This document shows, in pieces, positions 1-11,137 of a DNA stretch of 64,000 nucleotides. The notes under the pieces were generated by a model. The model worked only from the letters and a program-made list of their open reading frames with translations, was not told where the DNA came from and ran no database searches. The DNA is taken from positions 259,142 through 323,141 of the forward strand of contig CBDCOJ010000032.1 in assembly GCA_965219695.1 (NCBI GenBank), read 5' to 3'. Numbering within the stretch: position 1 is the stretch's first letter; each line of letters begins with the position of its first letter. This DNA comes from Candidatus Poribacteria bacterium. Its GTDB lineage: Bacteria; Poribacteria; WGA-4E; WGA-3G. Made by a program: the position numbers and the translations under genes.

Positions 1-963
1 ACCGAACTGCAAGATATTGAGTGGGAACATAACGGTTTTATGAACTATGACCGCTCAGTGAAGGAATTCGGATACGATTACAACGACATCAATACCCTTG
101 ATTTTATTGCGATTGATTATCCACCCGGTACTACCGTTTCCCCCGGTGATACGATAAAGGCAGATATATACACCAGCCACTTCTCACACAAGACGATTAA
201 CGGTGCCACGCTCCACTGGCAACTGGATACCCTTGATAAAAACGGTGAACTGACACATGGGCGTATAAGCAGAAGTGTTGAAATCCCTTTTTCACAATAT
301 CAGGTAGAACAGGTGCATCAACTGGAGTTTACCATCCCGGATATTAACGCCGCAGTTGGCACATTACATGTATGGGTATCCGATGAGACAGGCGCGGTTG
401 TCGCACGCAATTACATTAATTTCGAGATATTCTTGGAAGATACCTCTGGACTCACGTCACTTTCTCATCTTCCGGGAGACATCGCCGCCAGCAAATGGGA
501 TTCAGCATCCGAAGTAACGGAACAACGTCTCACCGCGCAAGGTGCAGGATACGTTGAATATCAGATACCACTACCCGCAGACCTCAATCCTGACGAAATT
601 TCTAAGATGGAACTCGTTTTTGAGGCATCCTCATCAAATGGTGGTTCACGGCAAACGGAGCCTGAGAAATATCCCTCGGATGTTACGGTTTCTGTAAACG
701 GTACTGAGGTTGAGACTTTAACACTCCCCGATTGTCCGGCGGATGCCCGCGGCGTGCTTACCTATATCCACGAAAATCTTGGCAACTACGGTTACCTGTG
801 TCGTGTCCAATTGGATAAAGAAACGTGCTTAAACGGAAATTCTACAAAGGCAATCACCGTACGTTATGAAGTCAAAGGTAATGCCGAAAACAGAGGTGGA
901 CTTACGCTTTATGGCAACCGTCGCGGTAGATATCCCACAGTCCCACATATTCTCATTTCTTAA
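1..963 (+). CDS. Glycoside hydrolase family 2-like protein, C-terminal part (5' truncated by window)
   Basis: The frame is open from base 1 (TELQDIEWEHNGFMNYDR), resembling the end of a GH2 TIM barrel, and is followed by beta-rich domains. Confidence 0.6.
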   Translation, partial: TELQDIEWEHNGFMNYDRSVKEFGYDYNDINTLDFIAIDYPPGTTVSPGDTIKADIYTSHFSHKTINGATLHWQLDTLDKNGELTHGRISRSVEIPFSQYQVEQVHQLEFTIPDINAAVGTLHVWVSDETGAVVARNYINFEIFLEDTSGLTSLSHLPGDIAASKWDSASEVTEQRLTAQGAGYVEYQIPLPADLNPDEISKMELVFEASSSNGGSRQTEPEKYPSDVTVSVNGTEVETLTLPDCPADARGVLTYIHENLGNYGYLCRVQLDKETCLNGNSTKAITVRYEVKGNAENRGGLTLYGNRRGRYPTVPHILIS

Positions 964-979
964 TAGGAGGAATCGTTGA

Positions 980-2059
980 ATGGCAACACACCAATTTTTA
1001 TTTACGCGTTCACCCGGTTTAGAAGGTTCATGGCCCTACGTGCACGAACAGATGGTAAAACGACTTGAGGAATTAGGCGTAACACTCGTTCTCAATACGA
1101 CCAGCAAAGACCCTCTCCACGAACAGGTGGACTTGAGCGAAGTCATTGGACTCTCACATTGGGGTGGTAGTCTCACTGAGGCTTGTATAGACAACGCACC
1201 AAAACTTAAAGTTCTCGGCACAATGACAGACAACACGGGGCATGGTATCCCTTATGCGAAACTTCAAGAGCGTGGTATTCCTGTGATTGAATCCACACGG
1301 GCATGGGCACAATCTGTGGCAGAATGCGCTTTTGGACTCGCGCTGTCCTCGCTGCGGCGAACTGCACAGTGGCACATGCAGATGGCACAAGGCGAAAAAC
1401 TGTGGAATTGGAGCGACCCAATATGGGGACCGAACAAACTTCCCGTTGCACATCAGTTCTGTGATGACCCCGACTTTGTAAACGGTGATCTCGGCACAAA
1501 ACAGATCGGTGTTATCGGACTTGGACAGATTGGCAGGAAAATCGCGCAGTGGTGCCGTGCCTTTGGTGCCACCGTCATGGGATTTGACCCATTCGTTCCT
1601 GATGAACTTCTCCAAGACTGGGATGTGGAACGCGTTGATATGGACACACTTGTTGATAGGGCAGATATAGTGTTTGTCTCTGTTCCACCGACTCCATCAG
1701 CACGACACCTGCTGAATCGTGAACGTATCTATCATCTGCACAAAGGTGCATTGGTCGTTATCATTACCCGTGCACACGCTGTTGATATGGCTGCGCTGCG
1801 CGAACGGATTGTCAAAGACGAACTCGCTGGTGCGTTTGATGTTTATGACAGAGAACCTGTGCCTATTGATGATGAACTGCGGAATAGAGATAACGTTGTG
1901 CATACACCGCACATCGCAGGCAGAACAAAAGATGCTAACCTACGCGTTGCGGATATGATTGTTGACGATTTTGAACGCGTGCTTAAGGGTGAAAAACCTC
2001 TCGGTGCATTAACACCAGAGGCGATTAAGGTGAGAACGTCTGATAATCCTTATGAATAA
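980..2059 (+). CDS. D-isomer-specific 2-hydroxyacid dehydrogenase (NAD-binding)
   Basis: GVIGLGQIG Rossmann motif, DVYDREP and TPHIAG motifs; AGGAGG RBS. Confidence 0.85.
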   Translation: MATHQFLFTRSPGLEGSWPYVHEQMVKRLEELGVTLVLNTTSKDPLHEQVDLSEVIGLSHWGGSLTEACIDNAPKLKVLGTMTDNTGHGIPYAKLQERGIPVIESTRAWAQSVAECAFGLALSSLRRTAQWHMQMAQGEKLWNWSDPIWGPNKLPVAHQFCDDPDFVNGDLGTKQIGVIGLGQIGRKIAQWCRAFGATVMGFDPFVPDELLQDWDVERVDMDTLVDRADIVFVSVPPTPSARHLLNRERIYHLHKGALVVIITRAHAVDMAALRERIVKDELAGAFDVYDREPVPIDDELRNRDNVVHTPHIAGRTKDANLRVADMIVDDFERVLKGEKPLGALTPEAIKVRTSDNPYE

Positions 2060-2156
2060 GGTTGGTTAAAACACATTGTAGGGTGGAATCAACACCTTTA
2101 CATTCAGAATCTCGGATTATACGGATTTCACAGATTACGCGGATTTTTGGAGCGTT

Positions 2157-2354
2157 GTAGGTTGGGTAGAGCTCAAGCGAAACCCATAGGGATCAATACT
2201 GGTGGGATCGGTTTCCTAACCGCTCCAAACTTACGCAAGTTGGCAGTTAATAATCGGCAAGACATCTTTGTAGGAACGCTTGTAAACGCGATCATCAGCG
2301 TTGAACACACTTCTTACAAAATTGCTTTGGGACGGTTAGGAAACCGATCCTACC
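2157..2354. repeat. REP-like palindromes, including an inverted doublet (REPIN-like) at 2201-2354
   Basis: GTAGGTTGGGTAGAGC..GCGAAACCCA at 2157; GGTGGGATCGGTTTCCTAACCG at 2201 and its inverted copy ending CCGATCCTACC at 2354. Confidence 0.75.
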
Positions 2355-2469
2355 GGTGTGGGGCGTTAAGCACATCCGCTGTTGAAGGGTGGATCGGTTC
2401 AGATTAGTGGGCGCGCTCATTCTCCATCTCGCGTAGGATTTTCAAGGTGATCACAAAAGTACACACCTA

Positions 2470-3705
2470 CTACTCATACGGCGCAAGCACATCTTCCACC
2501 GAGCGCGTCCCCGAAAACCACCCAACAATCTTCCGTAACACCTCATCAAGCAGAATATCTGGACAAGACGCCCCCGCAGTCAAAACAATATCAATCGGAC
2601 TACCATCCGGATGTTCAGTTGGCAGCCAATCTTCTGTGATTTGTACCTCTTTTGTCTCAAGTTCTAAGTGACGAATCTGTTTTGGGTTGAGCAACTCCTC
2701 AGCATCACGAACAAAATATGTCGGTAGTTTATGTTCACAGAGTTCTACAAGATGGCTTGTATTAGACGAATTGTAACCGCCCACAACAACCGCAACATCG
2801 CCACCTTCCGCAATCAGCGCGAGTGTTGCGTCCTGATTCTCTTTCGTAGCATAACAGAGCGTATCCTTCGTATCAGCAAAATGTTCCGCAAGATTTTCTT
2901 CACCGTACCGCGCAATGATAGCCTGCCGCAATAAATCAGCAATGGCTTGTGTCTCCGTAGCAAGCATAGTCGTCTGGTTGACAACACCGATACGTTCAAG
3001 GTGAATATCCGGATGAAAATCTTCGGAATATCGGTCAGTAAACTTTTCAAAGAAAAAGTCTGCATCCGTTTCCCCGCGTATCACTTTTGCGAGGTCTTCA
3101 GCTTCCGCAAGATCACGAACGACAACCACGGGTGCTTCCACTTGTGCGTGAGAAAATGTGGCGCGGGTCTCCTCGTGATACCGCTTACCATGCACAACAA
3201 CGGTGTAATCTTGCTTCCCAATTTCCTGACTCCGCTTCCATACCTTTTCAACGAACGGACAGGTGGTATCGTACGACGAGAGTGTAACACCACGAGCATT
3301 GAGTTCCGCTTCAATCTCCAATGTTGTGCCGAAAGCCGGCACAATAACGACATCATCAGGTGCCAAGACATCAAACGGTAGCAATGGATTACCTGCAGTG
3401 TCAGAGAGAAATTGGACGCCGTGGTGTTTTAAATTTTCATTGACGCGAGGGTTATGAATAATTTCAGATAGTAGGAAAATTCGCTTGTCCGGATTCTCTT
3501 CAAGTGCACGATATGCTATCTCAACAGCATTTTCCACACCATAACAGAATCCAAAGTGACGAGCGATCTTAAAACGGACAGGACCAAAATCTAAAACGGA
3601 GGGGGAGAAGTCTCGCTTACGGGTGTCCATATTCCGCCGCGATGCCTTAACAGCAGAAATAATAGGACTTTCATAAAAGCGAGGTAAATTAAAGGTACGA
3701 GGCAT
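2470..3705 (-). CDS. ispH: 4-hydroxy-3-methylbut-2-enyl diphosphate reductase
   Basis: GFCYGV, IIHN, PAFG, DTTCPFV, DTLCYAT and SSNT motifs (three Fe-S cysteines). Confidence 0.95.
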   Translation of the reverse strand: MPRTFNLPRFYESPIISAVKASRRNMDTRKRDFSPSVLDFGPVRFKIARHFGFCYGVENAVEIAYRALEENPDKRIFLLSEIIHNPRVNENLKHHGVQFLSDTAGNPLLPFDVLAPDDVVIVPAFGTTLEIEAELNARGVTLSSYDTTCPFVEKVWKRSQEIGKQDYTVVVHGKRYHEETRATFSHAQVEAPVVVVRDLAEAEDLAKVIRGETDADFFFEKFTDRYSEDFHPDIHLERIGVVNQTTMLATETQAIADLLRQAIIARYGEENLAEHFADTKDTLCYATKENQDATLALIAEGGDVAVVVGGYNSSNTSHLVELCEHKLPTYFVRDAEELLNPKQIRHLELETKEVQITEDWLPTEHPDGSPIDIVLTAGASCPDILLDEVLRKIVGWFSGTRSVEDVLAPYE

Positions 3706-3729
3706 CTTTCAAAGTGTTCCATAGCAATT

Positions 3730-3864
3730 TTATGCACTCAGGACTTTTCTACCTTTTGCCCTGCGGCGCGCGAGGATTTTTCTTCCATCTCGGGTAGACA
3801 TACGTTTCCGAAATCCGAGCTTATTTTTTCGTTTACGCCTATGTGGCTGATACGTACGTTTCAT
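3730..3864 (-). CDS. rpmH: 50S ribosomal protein L34 (44 aa; not in ORF track)
   Basis: Manual translation [44 protein letters not shown]; divergent from dnaA, as is typical. Confidence 0.97.
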   Translation of the reverse strand: MKRTYQPHRRKRKNKLGFRKRMSTRDGRKILARRRAKGRKVLSA

Positions 3865-3938
3865 AACGCTTTTCCTCTCTATTTCTTATCCTTAAATGTC
3901 CACAAAAATTACGAGTAATATTTTTATCTTAGATAAAA

Positions 3939-3967
3939 AGGATACCCGATTTTTTACATTTTGTCAA
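3939..3967 (-). promoter_or_regulatory. Putative sigma70 promoter for rpmH-ispH
   Basis: TTGACA-17 bp-TATCCT on the minus strand. Confidence 0.5.
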
Positions 3968-4190
3968 ATTTTTCTGTATCATCACACGGAGGTAGTATCG
4001 TATCTATTGCACAAAATTGACGTTATAAATAAAAGCAAGTATTTTGGTGAATTTTGTAAAAATTGGACCTTTACCCGATAAATTGGGGGAAATTTGCTTG
4101 TTATATAATCTATACTTTTTTAATTCTAAATCTTCAAATTTTTCTCTATACAATAGGTACGATTTTTGTTCAAAATTCACTAAATTTAAC

Positions 4191-4220
4191 TTGCTATTTA
4201 AAATTGGAAAATGATATAAT
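4191..4220 (+). promoter_or_regulatory. Putative sigma70 promoter for dnaA
   Basis: TTGCTA-18 bp-TATAAT with extended -10 (TGn). Confidence 0.55.
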
Positions 4221-4318
4221 TCACGTCCGCGTTAGATATATTTTTGGTATAAATTTCATAACATTTTTAATAACATGGTTTGGACAACTGGCACTCCGTA
4301 ATAGGTAGGAACATTCTC

Positions 4319-5653
4319 ATGCAACACACTCCCGATTCACTCTGGTTAACAATACTTGAGGAACTTGACGAAACCGCCCGTGACGACATATATCTCCGTC
4401 AAGTTATCCCACATTCACTCACCGAGGAGTCTTTTATCATTGCTGTTCCTTCCGACTATACACAAGACGAAATCGAAGACAGATTTCTCAGTGACATTAA
4501 GAAGGTATTAGGCAATCAAATAAATAACGGTTGTAGGTTGAAAATTTCAGTGGATACATCTCTTGCCAAAATCCCCGAACTTAAGCAAACTGAAAATGGG
4601 GCTGAAGAAGATACCCCTGAAACTGCAAACTTGAATCCTAACTACATTTTTGAGAACTTCGTTGTTGGACAGAGCAATCGAATTTGTCATGCAACTGCAT
4701 TCGCTGCATCCGATGATCTCGGAGGAGAATATAATCCACTTTTTATATATGGCGGCGTCGGACTCGGGAAAACACATCTCCTTCATGCCATCGGCAATAG
4801 AGTACAAGATAAAGCCCCCAAACGGAAAGTGCTTTACGTCACATCAGAAACGTTTATGAACGAATTTATTGAGTCTATCATGAATCGAAATTCAGCACAA
4901 GGGTTCCGCACAAAATACAGAACAGCAGACTTGTTATTAATTGATGATATCCAATTCTTAGCGCGTAAAGAAGGAACACAAGAGGAATTTTTCAATACCT
5001 TCAACGATTTATACATGAACTCTAACCAAATCGTTATGACGAGTGACCGGTCACCGAGTATGCTTGAAAACCTTGAAGAAAGACTCAGTTCTCGTTTTGA
5101 ATGGGGCATGGTAGCAGAAATAGATAAACCCAATTATGAACTTCGCCTTTCAATTCTAAAACGAAAATGTGAAGACCAAGATTTTGAGGATATTTCCGAT
5201 GAAGTGCTAAGTTACATTGCAGAAATGGTAACCGCAAATATTCGTGAATTAGAAGGCATACTGATACGTCTCACTACACAGGCTACAATTCTTGGTGAAC
5301 GGCTTGATATTGATTTTGCACGCAGGGTGCTAAACGACACAACCCCGCTTAGCAGAAGATCGGGACAAAAAGTTATTACAGCATCAACGATACAAAAAGT
5401 TGTCGCTGATCATTTTCAATTGAGCAGCGATGACCTAACTTCGGCAAAACGGACGAAAGTTCTTGTTTTTCCACGCCAAATAGCGATGTATCTGTGTAGA
5501 GAACTTACGCAGCTTTCTCTGTTAGATATTGCCGAAGCATTTAATAGGCAGAACCATAGAACCATCACGTATGCTTACGAACAGATTGAAAAACTACTGG
5601 AAGACAAGGAAATAAAAAAACTTGTCCGACTCTTAACCGATGAATTGACATAA
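4319..5653 (+). CDS. dnaA: Chromosomal replication initiator DnaA (ATG at 4319 preferred over 4280)
   Basis: NPLFIYGGVGLGKTHL Walker A, LLLIDDIQFL, RLSSRFEWG, NIRELEG, PRQIAMYL; AGGAA RBS before 4319. Confidence 0.97.
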   Translation: MQHTPDSLWLTILEELDETARDDIYLRQVIPHSLTEESFIIAVPSDYTQDEIEDRFLSDIKKVLGNQINNGCRLKISVDTSLAKIPELKQTENGAEEDTPETANLNPNYIFENFVVGQSNRICHATAFAASDDLGGEYNPLFIYGGVGLGKTHLLHAIGNRVQDKAPKRKVLYVTSETFMNEFIESIMNRNSAQGFRTKYRTADLLLIDDIQFLARKEGTQEEFFNTFNDLYMNSNQIVMTSDRSPSMLENLEERLSSRFEWGMVAEIDKPNYELRLSILKRKCEDQDFEDISDEVLSYIAEMVTANIRELEGILIRLTTQATILGERLDIDFARRVLNDTTPLSRRSGQKVITASTIQKVVADHFQLSSDDLTSAKRTKVLVFPRQIAMYLCRELTQLSLLDIAEAFNRQNHRTITYAYEQIEKLLEDKEIKKLVRLLTDELT

Positions 5654-5699
5654 GGTTTACTCCCCTATCTGAAATCTTAGGAGATTTGTAAGCATTCCT

Positions 5700-5960
5700 C
5701 ACTGATAATAAGTTGATAATAAGTTGATAATAACCTGACAATAACTCCAAATTATTGTTGATAAATTGTTAATAACTTTACACCACAATTAGTTGAATTG
5801 ATAAATTGTTAATAATGTAAAAGTTGTTATCAAATTATTATCAGCGATTATATCAATCCCCACAAGGTTTTAGAGCAGTTATTAACATATTATCATTCCC
5901 TACTGTTACTACTAAGGTACAATTTAATTTTAATTCGTAATTTAGTACATAATATAAGAT
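5700..5960. other. Replication origin oriC (non-canonical DnaA boxes, DnaA-trios, AT-rich unwinding region)
   Basis: Lies between dnaA and recF; about 12 TTAT[CT]A..-type boxes in 11-bp phasing; CTA CTG TTA CTA CTA trios at 5900-5914 followed by AT-rich DNA. Confidence 0.85.
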
Positions 5961-6085
5961 TCGTGGAACTATATTCAAAAGACAAGATTCCATAATAAAT
6001 TCTCTGGTATACAATTTGCAATATATCTTGTTTTTAATTTTAAAGATTCTATACAATTAAATATTGAGGGAATAGTGAGGTTTAA

Positions 6086-7240
6086 ATGCACTTGGAGCGA
6101 TTATGCCTGCGGAATTTTCGGAATTATGAAGAATGTGACATCACATTTCGTTCACCAGTGACACTTGTTGTTGGAAGAAATGCGATGGGAAAAACGAGTC
6201 TTCTGGAATCGCTCTATTTTCTTTGTACGGGGGAATCACATAGATCTAATACTGCTCTTGAATTAATACGGCATACATCGGAGGGTTTTTCGGTTACGGG
6301 TTATTTTCGTAGTGATAAACGTCCCGATTCACTTATACGGCTTGAAGCAGTGAAACCTCGCCAAGGCCCATTTCGATTAAAAACAGATGGCGTATTACAA
6401 CAAAGACGTTCGGACTGGATAGGTCAGTTCAATGTTGTAGTCTTTTCACCTGAATCTTTGGATCTTGTGAAAGGATCACCTACGTCCCGCAGACGATGGC
6501 TTGACTTACTTTTATCCCAATTGAATCGAGAATATCTGGAAGAACTTCAACGTTATCGTGGAATTTTGCAACATCGGAATGCATTGTTGAAGCGATTAAG
6601 TATCGGGAAAGGATCGGTTGGCGAAATATCTGTTTGGGATGGGCTCCTTGTTGAATCGGGGGTTGCGTTGATTGGTGCAAGACATACTGCATTAGCACGG
6701 TTAAGTGGGATTGTAGAGACAACGCATCTTGCGTTGACAGGTGAGCGGGAACGACTTTTGTTACAATATGTTCCAGGAGTTGAGTGTGCCATCACAGAGT
6801 TTTCTGATATAACGAATCTTGCAGATCACTTTCGAGATGCCTTGGCAAAAGCACGACGGGATGAACTGCGGCGAGGAGTGACACTCGTCGGTCCACATCG
6901 TGATGATTTTACATTAGTTTTAGAAACGACAAATGGTGGGGAGGAAATTTTGCGTGAAACTGCACGTACCTATGCTTCTCAAGGACAGTGCCGAACAATA
7001 GCACTTGCTCTAAAACTTGCAGAGTTGGAATTTATTCGGGAAGATACCGGTGTCGCGCCACTTTTTCTGTTAGATGATGTACTGTCAGAGTTAGATGTGA
7101 AAAGGCGTGCCTACCTATTAGCGTACCTACAAGGTGTCAATGCACAGACTGTAATTACAGCCACTGACAAAGACGTGATGGGTGATGAACTGCCAGATAT
7201 CTATCTATTAGTAGTTGAGGATGGTGTAATCGTTAACTAA
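6086..7240 (+). CDS. recF: DNA replication/repair protein RecF
   Basis: NFRNY, GRNAMGKT, GPHRDD, SQGQ, LLDDVLSELD. Confidence 0.95.
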   Translation: MHLERLCLRNFRNYEECDITFRSPVTLVVGRNAMGKTSLLESLYFLCTGESHRSNTALELIRHTSEGFSVTGYFRSDKRPDSLIRLEAVKPRQGPFRLKTDGVLQQRRSDWIGQFNVVVFSPESLDLVKGSPTSRRRWLDLLLSQLNREYLEELQRYRGILQHRNALLKRLSIGKGSVGEISVWDGLLVESGVALIGARHTALARLSGIVETTHLALTGERERLLLQYVPGVECAITEFSDITNLADHFRDALAKARRDELRRGVTLVGPHRDDFTLVLETTNGGEEILRETARTYASQGQCRTIALALKLAELEFIREDTGVAPLFLLDDVLSELDVKRRAYLLAYLQGVNAQTVITATDKDVMGDELPDIYLLVVEDGVIVN

Positions 7241-7272
7241 AATTAAACGTTACATATAAAAAATGGATTTGA

Positions 7273-7851
7273 GTGGATAGAAGAATGCGTTTTAGAAAAT
7301 CGCGTAAAAATAAACGACGTCTGGTAATACGGCGTAGGACAGTTAAAGTACAAGGGGTTATAGAAACTTTTCTACGTCAAGAAGGCTGGACTGATAAACT
7401 TCATGAAAGAAAAATTTTTGATGCATGGCGATCTATTGTCGGCACACCAGTTGCCGCGCAAAGTGTTCCAGTTTCCTTATCAAATGGGGTTTTGAAGGTT
7501 GAAGTTGCACATTCACTTTATGCTACTGAGTTATCTGTGATGAAAACTCAAATTCTTTTAGAACTTGAAAAAAAACTTGAAGACCCGGATGCAGGGGGAC
7601 GTAGACCTTCTAAAAAACGTAAGGTAACTGACATCCAATTTCGTTTTAACCCGCATATTTCTAAGGAAAAAACCACTGAAAAAACTGAAAAATCGGATGG
7701 AGACGTATCTAAACGAGTTCTCAAATCTGTACCACCTGAGATAAATGATCGGATTGAGGCTGCGGTTTCGGTCGTAAATGATTCTGAATTACAGGCTTCT
7801 TTAAAGACACTTTTTTTGACGCAATGCTCTTATTCTGATACCACAGAATAA
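7273..7851 (+). CDS. DUF721/DciA-family protein (putative helicase loader)
   Basis: Position between recF and gyrB; 'IFDAWRSIVG..VAAQSVPVSL..GVLKVEV' DUF721-like pattern. Confidence 0.75.
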   Translation: MDRRMRFRKSRKNKRRLVIRRRTVKVQGVIETFLRQEGWTDKLHERKIFDAWRSIVGTPVAAQSVPVSLSNGVLKVEVAHSLYATELSVMKTQILLELEKKLEDPDAGGRRPSKKRKVTDIQFRFNPHISKEKTTEKTEKSDGDVSKRVLKSVPPEINDRIEAAVSVVNDSELQASLKTLFLTQCSYSDTTE

Positions 7852-7910
7852 GAACGAATATATCACATATAAAAATTGTAAAAAAGTTCACAAAATAGAT
7901 AAAAAATAGG

Positions 7911-7940
7911 TTGACAAAAAATAAAAAATTATGGTATAAT
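7911..7940 (+). promoter_or_regulatory. Consensus sigma70 promoter upstream of gyrB
   Basis: TTGACA-18 bp-TATAAT with TG extension. Confidence 0.7.
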
Positions 7941-8081
7941 GAATATAGAAGGTACAAATTCCTATTTGAAAATTTGACAGAATGTTACTGGCTGTGGATT
8001 GGTGTGAAAAACTTCATTAAACTAATTAATAATTATAACTTATAGTTAAAAACATATCTAAAAAATTGCTGGGATTCATGA

Positions 8082-10688
<2,607 letters not shown>

Positions 10689-10754
10689 CCCAGTATGTGT
10701 CAATGTAAAAAACGCTATTAGTAACTCAAGTTGCTACCTATTGCGAATGCTCTT

Positions 10755-10777
10755 GTAGGAGGGGTTTCTAACCCCGA
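10755..10777 (+). repeat. GTAG-type REP-like palindrome
   Basis: GTAGGAGGGGTTTCTAACCCCGA; related copies at ~19493, 25152, 60345 and 60391. Confidence 0.7.
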
Positions 10778-10822
10778 TTTATAACAGAAACTGTCAGAAA
10801 TAGTGGGAAACCATTGTCTTAT

Positions 10823-11095
10823 ATGAAGATTAATTTTTTTATTCGGTAATTTTCTATCCGTACGAGGCAGGTGTGTCCCTCTGCTGGCGAGGCGAGGAAT
10901 CATGCTGAATGCCAAAAGCGCATTCAGCCAATGGCATTCACATCCGGGGAATACCAAAAAGGTATTCATACCCGCCAAATGCCATACGCGCATTTGGCGT
11001 TGATTTGGGGGAATGCCTAAATGGCGTTCATACCGTTGATTTCTTGATTTCTTCCTAACCTCGCCAAATTACCGATTTATTTACTTAAACTTCAT
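10823..11095. mobile_element. MITE (ATGAAG...CTTCAT ends) carrying nested hairpin insertions at 10893-11051
   Basis: ~30-bp imperfect terminal inverted repeats; an uninterrupted sister copy lies at 25249-25364. Confidence 0.8.
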
Positions 11096-11137
11096 TAAAA
11101 CAATGGCTAACTGCTCACAGCGAATAAAGAGAGATAG

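Noticed and set aside
2147-2407. Short intergenic ORFs (also 10718-10993, 13515-13784, 18265-18483, 39365-39547, 60199-60441, 62640-62962)
   Set aside because: They are translations of REP/MITE repeat DNA
3870-4318. oriC upstream of dnaA
   Set aside because: AT-rich but without a box array or trios; the downstream spacer has both. A bipartite contribution cannot be excluded
10893-11051. CRISPR array (repeated ~35-bp palindromes)
   Set aside because: The units are nested or abutting, lack unique regular spacers, occur singly elsewhere, and there are no cas genes
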